NCBI GenBank assembly: GCA_963675525.2
Contig: CAXXSL010000001.1
Span: 64,001 to 128,000 of the forward strand
DNA length: 64,000 nt
DNA from: Anaerohalosphaeraceae bacterium
GTDB lineage: Bacteria; Planctomycetota; Phycisphaerae; Sedimentisphaerales; Anaerohalosphaeraceae
Reading direction: 5' to 3'
Shown here: positions 7,924 to 18,046 of the stretch, piece after piece
Layout of the letters: the number at the start of each line of letters is the position of its first letter
How positions within the stretch are numbered: position 1 is the first letter of the stretch
The notes under the pieces: generated by a model
Seen by the model: only the letters and a program-made list of their open reading frames with translations
Told to the model about the DNA's origin: nothing
Database searches by the model: none
Made by a program: the position numbers and the translations under genes

Positions 7924-9277
7924 ATGAGAGTTTACAAACCTACATACAAGGACAGGAACGGTCAAAAGCAAAAAAACCGCTGCTTGGTATGTCGATATTT
8001 TCGACCATAACCGACTTCGGCATAAAATACCGGCTTTTGCCGATAAGCGGTTGTCCGAAGCATTAGGGCGGAATATTGAAAGCCTTATCAACTGCCGGAT
8101 TGCAGGGCTTGAACCCGATGTTAAACTTAACCAGTGGATAGAAACCCTGCCTGACAGTTTGCTAAAGAAATTCGTGTCTTGGGGGCTGATTGACGGACAG
8201 CGGGCAGAGATTACAAAGCCACTGAAAGAGCATATAGACGATTATATCAAAATTCTCAAAGCCAAAGGATATTCCAAGGACTATATCACTCGGTCTAAAA
8301 ATCGTCTTAAAAAAATCACGTCTGATTGCAGATTCACTTATTTCAGGGATATTACACAATCAGCGGTTGAAATTTATTCAGGTAAACTCAAAAAGGATGG
8401 TTATGGCGATACCAGCAGGGCGCATTATCTTGATGCTCTGAAAACTTTCCTGAATTGGGCAGAAACAGACCAACGGATTATTCGCAACCCTATTTCAAAG
8501 ATGGGGAAACCGGCAAGGGATTCAGAGAAAAAGGGGATTTTGACACCGGAGCAATTTATTCGGCTGATTCAGACGACAATCAAAAAGAATATCATCATTC
8601 AGACAACAACCGGCGTAGATCGTGGGATTTTATATTTTCTGGCAGGGGTTACGGGGCTAAGAAGAAGGGAATTATTGCTCTTGACGTGGGACGATCTGCA
8701 CCTTGCCGGAGAAAGCCCCTTTGTACTTGCAAGGGCGGATACTACTAAAAATGCACAGGAAGCCCACCAGCCGATACCTGCAACGCTGGCAAGGCTTCTG
8801 GAAGCCCTACAAGGCCATAGGAAGCCCGAAGGAACGGGCAGGCTATTCGAGGGCTTTGCTATGTCGATCAATACGGCTATGCTAATCAGAGAGGATTTGG
8901 CGGTTGCTAAGATAAAGCCCAAGGACAAGGACGGGAACGAGGTATGTTTTCATTCGCTACGAAATTCCTATATCAGTTATTTGGCCAACGGTGGCGCACC
9001 GGCCAAGATCGTTCAAAAACTGGCCAGACATTCAGACCCCCGCTTGACTTTCAACACTTATGCCAGAGTCTTTGAGGAAACCGAACAGGAAGCCATTGCA
9101 TTACTGCCGAATGTCGGAAATTTTGTCTTGTCCAACTGCTTGGACAAAAACTGGATAAGGCAGGAGATTTGCATAGACAACCAGAGACACAAAAGCAGCC
9201 AAGACACGATAGAAACCGCATTCTTGGCTGACAGGAAACTACCCCCAAGGGGACTCGAACCCCTGTTACCGGGATGA
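7924..9277 (+). CDS. int: Tyrosine recombinase/integrase; apparent +1 frameshift at the A7 run 7970-7976; 3' end overlaps att/tRNA
   Basis: TGLR, TTKN, FHSLR, ARHS and NTY catalytic motifs. N-terminus MRVYKPTYKDRNG..WYVDIFDH lies in two frames. Confidence 0.92.
9124..9149. promoter_or_regulatory. Palindromic putative arm-type recombination site (right)
   Basis: TGTCTTGTCCAACTGCTTGGACAAAA, matching 1292-1317. Confidence 0.65.
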
Positions 9278-9312
9278 GAACCCGGCGTCCTAGGCCGCTA
9301 GACGATGGGGGC
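9240..9312 (-). tRNA. tRNA-Glu(CTC)
   Basis: Acceptor GCCCCCA/TGGGGGT, anticodon arm CCGGG-TTCTCAT-CCCGG, GGTTCGAG T-loop; CCA not encoded. Confidence 0.95.
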
Positions 9313-9390
9313 CTTTGGAATTTTCAATTGATCATTGTCAATTGTAGAATAAAACCAAAAACAAGCTCATCGAGAGCTTGTTTTCGGCAA

Positions 9391-9464
9391 TAGCGGCGGG
9401 TGGATTCGAACCACCGACCCTGGGCTTATGAATCCCATGCTCTAACCAACTGAGCTACGCCGCC
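9391..9464 (-). tRNA. tRNA-Met(CAT) (elongator-type or Ile2 not excluded)
   Basis: GGCGGCGTAGCTCAGTTGGTTAGAGC...TTCATAA...GGTTCGAATCC. Confidence 0.92.
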
Positions 9465-9609
9465 CTGAAAGCTTATGGCTTACGTAAAGCCGGGTATTTT
9501 ATCCAAAAATCCAATCATAACAAGTAAAATCTTGAATTTCAATGTGATTTTCAGTTGTTTTGAACACAAGCGAGTTGGAAAAATCCACAATTAACAGCTG
9601 CGAAGGTTT

Positions 9610-12282
9610 TTAAGGGCCCAGTTTGATCAAAATGGTATTTTCGGTATTGGGTTTGGTTAAAAAGGGTGTCGCTTGGACTTGTATGACTTTTTCTTGGGTT
9701 TCCGACCCCGGCAGGGCCGCGAACAGGGAGTATTCACCGGGGGGAACAGCCAAAAATGCGCCTCGGCCGGTGGATTCGGTCGTGATAACCTCCGCGTCTC
9801 CGGTCACCCAGACTCGTGCCCCCTCGACGAGCAGATTTTGCGCATCGGTGACGACAACATACAGCGGACTGTAGTCGGCAACCAGTTGCAGGGGGGCAAT
9901 ATCAAGTACCTGTTCGGGTTCGTTCAGCAGGTCGATCTCCATCAGGTCCAGTTTCAGATTATTGACAAGGATTGCCAGTGAATACACGTCAGGGGGAACA
10001 GATGTGAGAGAATAGAAGCCGTCCGCATCCGGCAGCAGATCAAACCGAATCCGCTGGTCGGTATTGTACAGGAAGAATGCCAGCGGGCTTTTCCCTGAGA
10101 ACTGTCCGCTCAGATCGGAAGAACCCTCCGGTACCGTGACAGCGAGTTGACGGTCCTGGTTTATCTCGACCTGCTGCTGCAGACGCATTCCATTTTCAAA
10201 GCGCATTATCAAGGTATAGCTGCCCAAAGGCACATTTCCCGTATAGGTTCCGTCTTCCTGCGGCTGCAGTGCGAACTGCTGCAATTCACCTGAAACGTCG
10301 ATCCCATAAGTCAGCATGGCCCGTGTGACGGCCGGAGCGTTTTCAGGTTGTTCGAGTTGGATCGTTATTGCCGCCTGACTGACATCAACCTGCCAGTCGG
10401 GGATATCCTCGCCGGCGACCTCAAGGCTGCTGATCCATACGATACGGTTCGATTCGGTGTTATTCAGCAGGTAATAAGTTCCCGCCGGGATCCCGACGAA
10501 TGTAAAATGGCCATCGGCAGACGTGATGGTTTCGGAGCGAAACGATGCCTCAGACGGATCCAGGGTGTCGCTGAGGTAAAGGATCTGATTCGAAGACGGC
10601 AGCGGCGTCAGGTTCAGCGTCCCGAAGATCGTCCGGGGGCCGCCGAAATTTACCTGAACGGGTTTTTCTTTTTTATACCAAAGCGAACGGGTTATCGACA
10701 TACTATTATCGCCTGCGGACTGGCAGATCAGAAAAACCGGTCCGTCAGGTATTTTGACAAACTGGTAGTTGCCTTGCTGATCCGTTTGGGCTTCCTGGAG
10801 AATGCGCATGTCAGCGACTTCGGCGTACAGCGGATTTCCGGCCAGTGTGACGCGTGCGTTCGGTATCGGTTGTCCCTCGAAGTCTGTAACGGTTCCGGCG
10901 ATAGCCGGCGGGGCGGCAGGAAGCGTTGGTTGTTCGACCGACTCGATGGCGGTTGTGTCTGGTTGTTCATTGGGCTCCGTTTGCTCGACTACTTCGACGA
11001 CAGTGTTTGTCAGCTGCCGGTTCTGAATTTGGATGATCGCCTCGGCAAAGGGGTTGTCATCCGGACCGTTGGGATACCACTTCGCTTCCGATTCTTCCAA
11101 AAGCCCGATGGCGGATTCATCTCCGAGGTTTCCGATGAAGTGTGCCGCGGCAAGTTGACTGGTAAACTGTCCGTCTTTAAGAATTTGAAGCAATCCCGCC
11201 AGGTCACCGACCTGTCCCATTTCGAAAACACGTCTAAGTCTGAGCTGATCCTGATCGATCTGCTCGGTGTCATCTTCAGGGGCGTTTGGTGAAGCTTTAG
11301 CCGTATCCGGCATCGCTGTATTATCCTGATCCTGTTTGGGACTATCCGGAGTTTGTGCCTGTTCAGGTTCATCCAGCAGAATCGGGTACAGGAATCCGAT
11401 GCATCCTAAAACCAACAGAACAGCCGCGGCGATGATCAAAATCCGCCGACGAGAATGATTTCCTGAAGCAGCATTTCTGGTTTGTGCTACATTCAGGACG
11501 GCCCGCGTCAGAGCTTTGTTGATAATCGCCAGATGATTATCGCTGATCGGCCGGTACATGGCGGTTGAACTGAGAAGTTTTTCGAGATTACTGTCCAATC
11601 GTTCGAGTGTCCCGGTTGCAGAGGCTTCATTGAACCCGAGGTTTTCCGACTGGACCAACTGGATCAAAGCCCTGCGAAAAAAGTGCCGACAGCGATAAAG
11701 CCGGTCATCGACCTGTTCGATGCTTAAGCCGACTTCTTCGGTAATATGCTCAGGGGTATCCAGATGATTATAACGATGCATCATCAATGCACGGTCGGTT
11801 TCTTCCATTTCCGCCAGCGTCGCCTGTACCATCTCCTGGACAGCCGGATTACTGACCGCCTCATCGGACAGCACTTCATTCCGCAATGTTGACAGTCCTG
11901 ACAGAACATCGGCAGGGAGTTGTGACCAGGCCCAGGGCCGTTGGCGTTTGGTCTGCCACTGCTGCAGGCCTTCATCAAGTGCCTGTTTGGCACAGGCTCG
12001 GAGCCATTGGAACATGGTTTGCTGCGCCGGCTGGAATTGCTCGATCTGCTCTAAGGCACGCGTAAAGGTACGGATAGTCAGGTCGACCGTGGTATCGCTG
12101 TCGGAGGCGACCTGAAAATACAGCCAGGTGTAAATAACATTGACATACTGCTCCAGCCATGTCTGAATAGCCTGCGGTTCAGCGGCAGTCAGCAGGGCGA
12201 TCCGTTTTTTTGTCCAATATCCTTCCATGCCTTCGTTCATTCCCAATAGGGTCTGTTTGTTCTTAGACACTGCATGCGGCAC
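9610..12282 (-). CDS. ECF-type sigma factor fused to TM segment, HEAT-like repeat and carboxypeptidase-regulatory-like beta domains
   Basis: Sigma2-like and sigma4-like (EEVGLSIEQVDDRLYRCR) regions, TM IIAAAVLLVLGCIG, GTVTDFEGQPIPNARV repeats; start may be 12240 or 12228. Confidence 0.75.
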   Translation of the reverse strand: MPHAVSKNKQTLLGMNEGMEGYWTKKRIALLTAAEPQAIQTWLEQYVNVIYTWLYFQVASDSDTTVDLTIRTFTRALEQIEQFQPAQQTMFQWLRACAKQALDEGLQQWQTKRQRPWAWSQLPADVLSGLSTLRNEVLSDEAVSNPAVQEMVQATLAEMEETDRALMMHRYNHLDTPEHITEEVGLSIEQVDDRLYRCRHFFRRALIQLVQSENLGFNEASATGTLERLDSNLEKLLSSTAMYRPISDNHLAIINKALTRAVLNVAQTRNAASGNHSRRRILIIAAAVLLVLGCIGFLYPILLDEPEQAQTPDSPKQDQDNTAMPDTAKASPNAPEDDTEQIDQDQLRLRRVFEMGQVGDLAGLLQILKDGQFTSQLAAAHFIGNLGDESAIGLLEESEAKWYPNGPDDNPFAEAIIQIQNRQLTNTVVEVVEQTEPNEQPDTTAIESVEQPTLPAAPPAIAGTVTDFEGQPIPNARVTLAGNPLYAEVADMRILQEAQTDQQGNYQFVKIPDGPVFLICQSAGDNSMSITRSLWYKKEKPVQVNFGGPRTIFGTLNLTPLPSSNQILYLSDTLDPSEASFRSETITSADGHFTFVGIPAGTYYLLNNTESNRIVWISSLEVAGEDIPDWQVDVSQAAITIQLEQPENAPAVTRAMLTYGIDVSGELQQFALQPQEDGTYTGNVPLGSYTLIMRFENGMRLQQQVEINQDRQLAVTVPEGSSDLSGQFSGKSPLAFFLYNTDQRIRFDLLPDADGFYSLTSVPPDVYSLAILVNNLKLDLMEIDLLNEPEQVLDIAPLQLVADYSPLYVVVTDAQNLLVEGARVWVTGDAEVITTESTGRGAFLAVPPGEYSLFAALPGSETQEKVIQVQATPFLTKPNTENTILIKLGP

Positions 12283-12369
12283 ACAAGTTCCGCAAAATAC
12301 TATTATATCGGATATTTACCTGTTGAACAGTTAATTTCTTGATGGGAATATCGGTCCGAGAAAGCAATT

Positions 12370-13212
12370 TCAATGGTTGCTTTTCCATTCAAGCGGGTCG
12401 AGTTTGTAATAGCGTTTCAATTCCTCATAAAGTTCCGGGCTGTGGTTGTGCATCTGTTTGGATTTTTCAAAGAAGGCTTCGGTGGCGACCGCAAAAAACT
12501 CCGCCGGATTGGTTGCACCATATTTGTTCAGCACGGACCGGCGCCGTCCCTGCTCTTTTTGGCATAGCCGTTCATATTCCCGGCCCAGCACCGCCGCCCA
12601 GCTTCGGTAGCAGGAGCGGCTGTCAAGGATCGGGGCCCCGTCGGCTTCGCCATCTTCCTGATCGAGCTGGTGGGCGAACTCATGAAGCACGACATTCTGT
12701 CCATCCTGTACATTGCGGGCGCCGCCGGTAACGCTGTCCCAGGTCAGCACAACCGGCCCGTTCTGCCAGGACTCGCCGAGACGGACGCTTTTGCCTTCGA
12801 CAATAAGGCCGCCGTCATTTTGAAGTCCCTTGGCGACATAAGTGTGCGGATAAACATAGATGGTTTTCAGTTTAGGATAAAATCTGCTTTTTCGATTCAA
12901 TAGTAACATACACGCCTGTGCGGCGATGGTGACTTTGATCTCATCGGTAATTTCCAATCCGCCACAACCGACAAACTTCTTCTCAACCAGAAATACATTT
13001 ACAAGCCCGTGCAATTGCTGTTTCAGGTCTTCGGGCAGACGATGATACAGGGGTAAATATTTGGTCAGCGGGGCGATATGTTCCTTGCCCAATCCGGCGG
13101 CCATTAACGCGGCGCGTCGCCGATTACGCTGTTGCTTCTTGAGAAATAAAAAAAGTAACAGACCTGTCAATATGCTGCCCAGAGCGGCCAGGGTGATCCA
13201 GACGGTCGGCAT
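12370..13212 (-). CDS. mtfA: MtfA-like zinc-dependent peptidase (M90)
   Basis: IAAQAC, NVVLHEFAHQLD, YGATNPAEFFAVATEAFF. Confidence 0.88.
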   Translation of the reverse strand: MPTVWITLAALGSILTGLLLFLFLKKQQRNRRRAALMAAGLGKEHIAPLTKYLPLYHRLPEDLKQQLHGLVNVFLVEKKFVGCGGLEITDEIKVTIAAQACMLLLNRKSRFYPKLKTIYVYPHTYVAKGLQNDGGLIVEGKSVRLGESWQNGPVVLTWDSVTGGARNVQDGQNVVLHEFAHQLDQEDGEADGAPILDSRSCYRSWAAVLGREYERLCQKEQGRRRSVLNKYGATNPAEFFAVATEAFFEKSKQMHNHSPELYEELKRYYKLDPLEWKSNH

Positions 13213-13214
13213 GA

Positions 13215-14045
13215 TTAATCGCTCTCCATGTGCTGTAGATTGTGTCCGCATTTTTTGCAGAATATTGCGTCGGCGTCGTGTTGTGTGTGGCCGCAGGCGG
13301 GGCACGGGGGTTTCTGTTTGGGGGGCGTCTGTACGATTTGCGCGGTGACGATGCCGGTTGGTACGGCGATAATGGCATAGCCCAGTAACATGACCATGGC
13401 GGCGAGTATTTTGCCCAGCGGGGTTTGCGGTGAAATATCACCATAGCCAACCGTCGTCAGTGTAACGATCGCCCAGTAGATGCTCTGCGGGATACTGGTA
13501 AAGCCTTTGTTGGTTGGGCTTTGACTTTCAATCGAATACATCAAGGCGCCGATAATGACTACCAGCGTTAGCACAAAACACAGGAAGACGAGAATTTTTT
13601 CCCGGCTGGCATATAATGCGTTTTTGAGTAAATTGGCCTGTTTCATGTGATTGCCGAGTTTCAACACTCGAAACACTCGCAGTACCCGAAGAATGCGGAA
13701 TACCGTCAGGAATCGAACTGCACTCAAATACGTCGGCAAAATTGCCAGCAGGTCAATAATACCGAAAAAACTGGTTGTGTACCGTTTTTTGGACGGCACG
13801 CAAATCAGCCGCAAAAGGTATTCGACGGTGAACAGCGCGGTGAAAAACCACTCAAGCCCGTAAAGTAATTGATGATGTTCGGCACGGATATTTTCGATGC
13901 TGTCGAGCATGACGACACCGATGCTGAGCAGAATGCAGACGATGAGAACGACATCAAAGACCTTGCCGGCGGGGGTATCGGCCTCAAAGATGACCTGATA
14001 TAAAAGAGTCTTCCAATTATCGGTATTTTTGGGCTGTTTACTCAT
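13215..14045 (-). CDS. Voltage-gated potassium channel-like ion transporter with C-terminal Zn ribbon
   Basis: TTVGYGD filter, S4 RILRVLRVFRVLK, CxxC..CxxC. Confidence 0.92.
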   Translation of the reverse strand: MSKQPKNTDNWKTLLYQVIFEADTPAGKVFDVVLIVCILLSIGVVMLDSIENIRAEHHQLLYGLEWFFTALFTVEYLLRLICVPSKKRYTTSFFGIIDLLAILPTYLSAVRFLTVFRILRVLRVFRVLKLGNHMKQANLLKNALYASREKILVFLCFVLTLVVIIGALMYSIESQSPTNKGFTSIPQSIYWAIVTLTTVGYGDISPQTPLGKILAAMVMLLGYAIIAVPTGIVTAQIVQTPPKQKPPCPACGHTQHDADAIFCKKCGHNLQHMESD

Positions 14046-14312
14046 AATTACGGTATCTTAAAGAGAAGTCGGAAAATGTGCAATAACGATCTGTTTTAAT
14101 TCGTTATTGGGAATATAATTGGAATAATATTCCTGAATTTCGAGACAGGATGTAACTTTTTTTTTCCGATTGCTACTATACTATTGTGTCTGTTCCTTGG
14201 GGGGCGGTCTGTATTTACGTTGTCAAATCGATGAGGACAACCGTTGATAAGGCGTTAATACTGTGATATAACTATCAAAATTGTAAGAAGATACGGTTTT
14301 TGAGAGGGATTC

Positions 14313-15932
14313 ATGTCCTTTTTCGTTGAAAAATTGAGATTAATTGGTTTTATGCTGGTTGTCGCCGGACTGCTGGTGCTGTCGGGGTGTAAAAACCCGG
14401 ATGAATTTAAGCGGGAAGCTGACGCAGAGGTCTACAAAATATTGGACCAAAAGTGGCAGGATAAATTTGGCAATAAGGCTAATTATAAAGTAAACGATGA
14501 TCCAAACTCGCTTGAAGCGATAAAAATGATTCCACCGTCAGGGGTTCTCCGTCTGGCCGATGCGGTCGCGATAGCAACCCGATTTAGTCGCGATTATCAG
14601 AGCCAAAAAGAATCCCTCTATGAGTCTGCCCTTAGCCTGACATCGGTCCGTCACCAATACGCGCCGCAATGGTTCGGCACCATCGACGCTTCCTATAATT
14701 ATGACAACGGCATCGAAGACACGACACTGCTTACCGAGGGCGGCGTTGACCAGCAGATCCTTGTGGGAGACATGATGTTGATCAGTGCAAACCTGACAAC
14801 GGATTGGTTTCGTTACTTAACCGGTGATCCCCAGACATCACTGACATCGGTATTAAGTGCCACCTTATCCGCACCCCTCTGGGGGAGAGGTGCTGCTAAA
14901 GTGGCACGCGAAGAACTCACTCAGGCCGAACGCAGCGTATTGTATGATGTCAGGTCTTTCAATCGCTATCGTAAGAATTTTGTGGTATCGATCATATCGA
15001 ATTATTATCGTGTTTTACAGCAAAAAAACAGAGTTGAAATTCAGAAAGCAAGCTATAGCCGGCTCGTCGACTCGACCAACCAATTACGTATGGAAGTGGA
15101 GGTCGGAAAACGCCCGGCATACGATCTGGGGGAGGCGGAACAAAGATTGCTCACCGCCGAACAAAATGTGGTATCAGCCGTTCAAAGCTACGAACAAGCA
15201 CTCGATACGTATAAAATTACACTGGCTTTACCAACCGACATTGATGTCGCGTTGGATCCCAACGAATTAATTTTATTAGCGGATATTGGTGTCAGTCGGC
15301 CGGATTACTCGGATCAAGAGGCGGTCGAGATGGCCCTGGTCCAGCGATTGGACCTGGCTAATATCTGGGATGGACTGGATGACGCCGAAAGAAAATTGAT
15401 ACTGGCTGCCGAGGGATTGGGCCCGCAGGTGAATTTTGTTGCCTCAGCCGATGTGCAATCCTATGGGACAACCCCGGACACTCAGGTGACTCGGTTGCGA
15501 TTTCATGATGGCGCATACATGGCCGGTATTACGGCGGACCTGCCGCTGGATCGGACGAGTGAACGGAATGCCTACCGAAGAGCATTGATTGACGTGCAGC
15601 AGCAGCAGCGTAATTATGATGAACAGATTGACAGAGTTAAACTTCAGGTCAGGGATTCGTATCGAAATCTCGTACAGACCGCCGAGAGTTATCGGATTCA
15701 GAAGATTGGACTGGATTTGGCTGAAAAACGCGTGGAAGTTGAAAAACTTTCACTCCAATACGGCCGCGGAACCGTTCGGCTTCTGCTGGATTCGGAAGAT
15801 GCCCTGGTGCAGGCGCAGGACGATGTCATCGGGGCGTTAGTGGACCATATGATTGCTAAATTAAGTTTTTTCCGGGATGTCGGTATCCTGCGCGTACAAC
15901 CGGATGGAATGTGGGAACAGGCGAAACCATGA
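14313..15932 (+). CDS. TolC-family outer membrane efflux lipoprotein
   Basis: LSGC lipobox, two OEP-like halves, first gene of the exporter operon. Confidence 0.85.
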   Translation: MSFFVEKLRLIGFMLVVAGLLVLSGCKNPDEFKREADAEVYKILDQKWQDKFGNKANYKVNDDPNSLEAIKMIPPSGVLRLADAVAIATRFSRDYQSQKESLYESALSLTSVRHQYAPQWFGTIDASYNYDNGIEDTTLLTEGGVDQQILVGDMMLISANLTTDWFRYLTGDPQTSLTSVLSATLSAPLWGRGAAKVAREELTQAERSVLYDVRSFNRYRKNFVVSIISNYYRVLQQKNRVEIQKASYSRLVDSTNQLRMEVEVGKRPAYDLGEAEQRLLTAEQNVVSAVQSYEQALDTYKITLALPTDIDVALDPNELILLADIGVSRPDYSDQEAVEMALVQRLDLANIWDGLDDAERKLILAAEGLGPQVNFVASADVQSYGTTPDTQVTRLRFHDGAYMAGITADLPLDRTSERNAYRRALIDVQQQQRNYDEQIDRVKLQVRDSYRNLVQTAESYRIQKIGLDLAEKRVEVEKLSLQYGRGTVRLLLDSEDALVQAQDDVIGALVDHMIAKLSFFRDVGILRVQPDGMWEQAKP

Positions 15933-18028
15933 ATACAACTATAAATAAAAATTCTGTTATGTCGGATAAAAATGGAAAAAAGACCTTCCTGAACTTGCGC
16001 GGCAAACAAAAGGGACGTTGGATGATTCCGGCGCTGATCGGCGTGATCGTTGTCATATCCCTTTTATTGCTGACCACCCGAAGCGGAACTTCGGATGCCG
16101 CCGGCGAACAGACAGTAAAAGTTCGCCGCGGTGATTTGGTTGTCACCGTGACCGAAAGCGGCAGTATCCGCGCCAAGGATTCCATACAGTACAAATGCCG
16201 GGTCGAACGAAGGCGGGGTAGCGTTGATGTGACCATTCTGGACATTGTGCCCCCGGGGACCTATGTGACCCAGGAAGATGTCGATGCGGGAATGGTTCTG
16301 GTGGAGTTGGATTCCTCCAGTTTGAAGGACCAACTCCAGGAAGAAGAGATGGAACTGGCCGGCAATCAGGAAGATTTGACCGCGTCCAGGGAAGCTTATG
16401 ATATCCAGATGATCCAGAACGAAAGTGATGTTGCTACCGCCCAGCTTAAAATGCGTTTTGCATTGATGGATCTTGAGAAATATCTTGGCAAAGACCTGGC
16501 ACAACGGATGATCGCGGATATTAGCGATGCAGTCGACTTGACGGAGCATGTTACTCCGTTCCTGCTGCAGGTCAGAAATGAACCGAACCTGTTAGAAGGC
16601 TCTTCGGCCGGTCAGGATCTCAAAAAGCTGCGGGATGAGATCATTCTGGCAGAGGGCAATCTCAAAACCGCCGAGGACACACTGGCCGGTTCGGAGAGGC
16701 TGCATAGCGCAGAATACGTCTCTGACCTTGAGTTGGAAAGGGATCGGCTCAATGTTACCAGCCGGCAGTTTTCGCAGCAGAATTCCCGGGTGAATCTGGA
16801 TTTGTTCCTCGGTTATGATTTTCCCAAGAATGCCGAACAATATCTCAGTGACTATATCGAGGCGGGTCGTGAACTGGAACGGACTTTTGCCGAATGCCGC
16901 TCCCGACTGGCTCAGGCTCAGGCCCGGCTCAATAATGCCGAAGAAAGGTTCAGATCCCAGAGCAATTATGTCGCAGATCTTAAGCAGCAAATCGAATACT
17001 GCACGATCAAGGCTATCGCACCCGGCCTGGTGATATACGGCGAGGGCGGAAGTGGTGATGCGTTTCGGGCCATGCGTCGAGGTGGCGGCGGCGGCATTAT
17101 TGCCAAAGGCGAAGTGGTGTACGAAGGCCAGACCATTATCTCGATGCCGGATACGGCGGCGATGATTGCTGAGGTGAGCGTACATGAGACGGAGGTCGAC
17201 AAGGTCCGACCCGGCCAGCCGGTACAAATTGTCATGGATGCATTTCCCGATAAGATTCTGGAAGGTGAAGTTCTGGAGGTGGCTCCACTGCCCGATCAGC
17301 AGCGAGGCTGGATGAACCCCGACTTGAAGGTTTACCAGACACTGGTCAGCATCAATGGACAACACGACTTCCTGAGAACCCGCATGTCGTGTAAGGTTGA
17401 AATTCTTGTCAGAAGACTGAACGATGTTTTGTTGGTGCCCATTCAGGTCGTGGCCAATCGCGGCGGTCGTAAGGTTTGTTATGTGGACGCCTCGTCGGGA
17501 CCGCAGGAACGCGAGGTAATGACGGGAGCCTTTACGGACACACTGGTACAAATTCTCAGCGGCCTGAAAGTGGATGAAGAAATTCTGTTAAATCCTCCGT
17601 TGTTTGAAGAAACCTCCGGCCAGCCTGCATTTGAGCGGCAGCAGCAGGGGTGGGACAAGAATAGCGGAGCAGCCACGGAGACGAGTGACGATACGGCCCC
17701 GGCCGCTCCAACCACTCCGTCATCCAACCCTATGAGCGACCGATTTAAACAAATGGATAAAAACGGCGATGGGAAAATCAGTTTGTCGGATGAAGTACCT
17801 GAACAGGCAAAACAGTTTTTAGGGCGCTTAGATACTAACAGCGATGGATTTATTGACACGGAAGAAATGGCCAAAGCATCCGAACGAATGGGCGGCGGCC
17901 CCGGCGGTGAGCAAACAGGACGACCCAGACAACGTCCGGAAGGCGGCCAAAGACCACAGGGCGGCGACTCCGGCGGCGGCAGGAGACGAAACCGGCCCGC
18001 AGCGACGGAAGGAACATCGACTGATTAG
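15929..18028 (+). CDS. Efflux periplasmic adaptor (MacA/HlyD-like) with C-terminal EF-hands
   Basis: TM anchor, IKAIAPGLV, VHETEVDKVRPGQ, DKNGDGKIS and DTNSDGFID. Confidence 0.85.
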   Translation: MNTTINKNSVMSDKNGKKTFLNLRGKQKGRWMIPALIGVIVVISLLLLTTRSGTSDAAGEQTVKVRRGDLVVTVTESGSIRAKDSIQYKCRVERRRGSVDVTILDIVPPGTYVTQEDVDAGMVLVELDSSSLKDQLQEEEMELAGNQEDLTASREAYDIQMIQNESDVATAQLKMRFALMDLEKYLGKDLAQRMIADISDAVDLTEHVTPFLLQVRNEPNLLEGSSAGQDLKKLRDEIILAEGNLKTAEDTLAGSERLHSAEYVSDLELERDRLNVTSRQFSQQNSRVNLDLFLGYDFPKNAEQYLSDYIEAGRELERTFAECRSRLAQAQARLNNAEERFRSQSNYVADLKQQIEYCTIKAIAPGLVIYGEGGSGDAFRAMRRGGGGGIIAKGEVVYEGQTIISMPDTAAMIAEVSVHETEVDKVRPGQPVQIVMDAFPDKILEGEVLEVAPLPDQQRGWMNPDLKVYQTLVSINGQHDFLRTRMSCKVEILVRRLNDVLLVPIQVVANRGGRKVCYVDASSGPQEREVMTGAFTDTLVQILSGLKVDEEILLNPPLFEETSGQPAFERQQQGWDKNSGAATETSDDTAPAAPTTPSSNPMSDRFKQMDKNGDGKISLSDEVPEQAKQFLGRLDTNSDGFIDTEEMAKASERMGGGPGGEQTGRPRQRPEGGQRPQGGDSGGGRRRNRPAATEGTSTD

Positions 18029-18046
18029 AATACCGGCAGGAAAAGC

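Larger units (their letters stand above)
1216..9264. mobile_element. Integrated phage-satellite/PICI-like element at the tRNA-Glu 3' end
   Basis: Identical 22-bp direct repeats CCCCAAGGGGACTCGAACCCCT at both ends. Contains integrase, HTH regulators, xis-like gene, primase-polymerase and terminase-small-like HTH. No capsid or tail genes recognised. Visibly AT-richer than the flanks. Confidence 0.9.

Noticed and set aside
1216..9264. Complete prophage or ICE
   Set aside because: No capsid, portal, tail, relaxase or T4SS genes; only about 8 kb.
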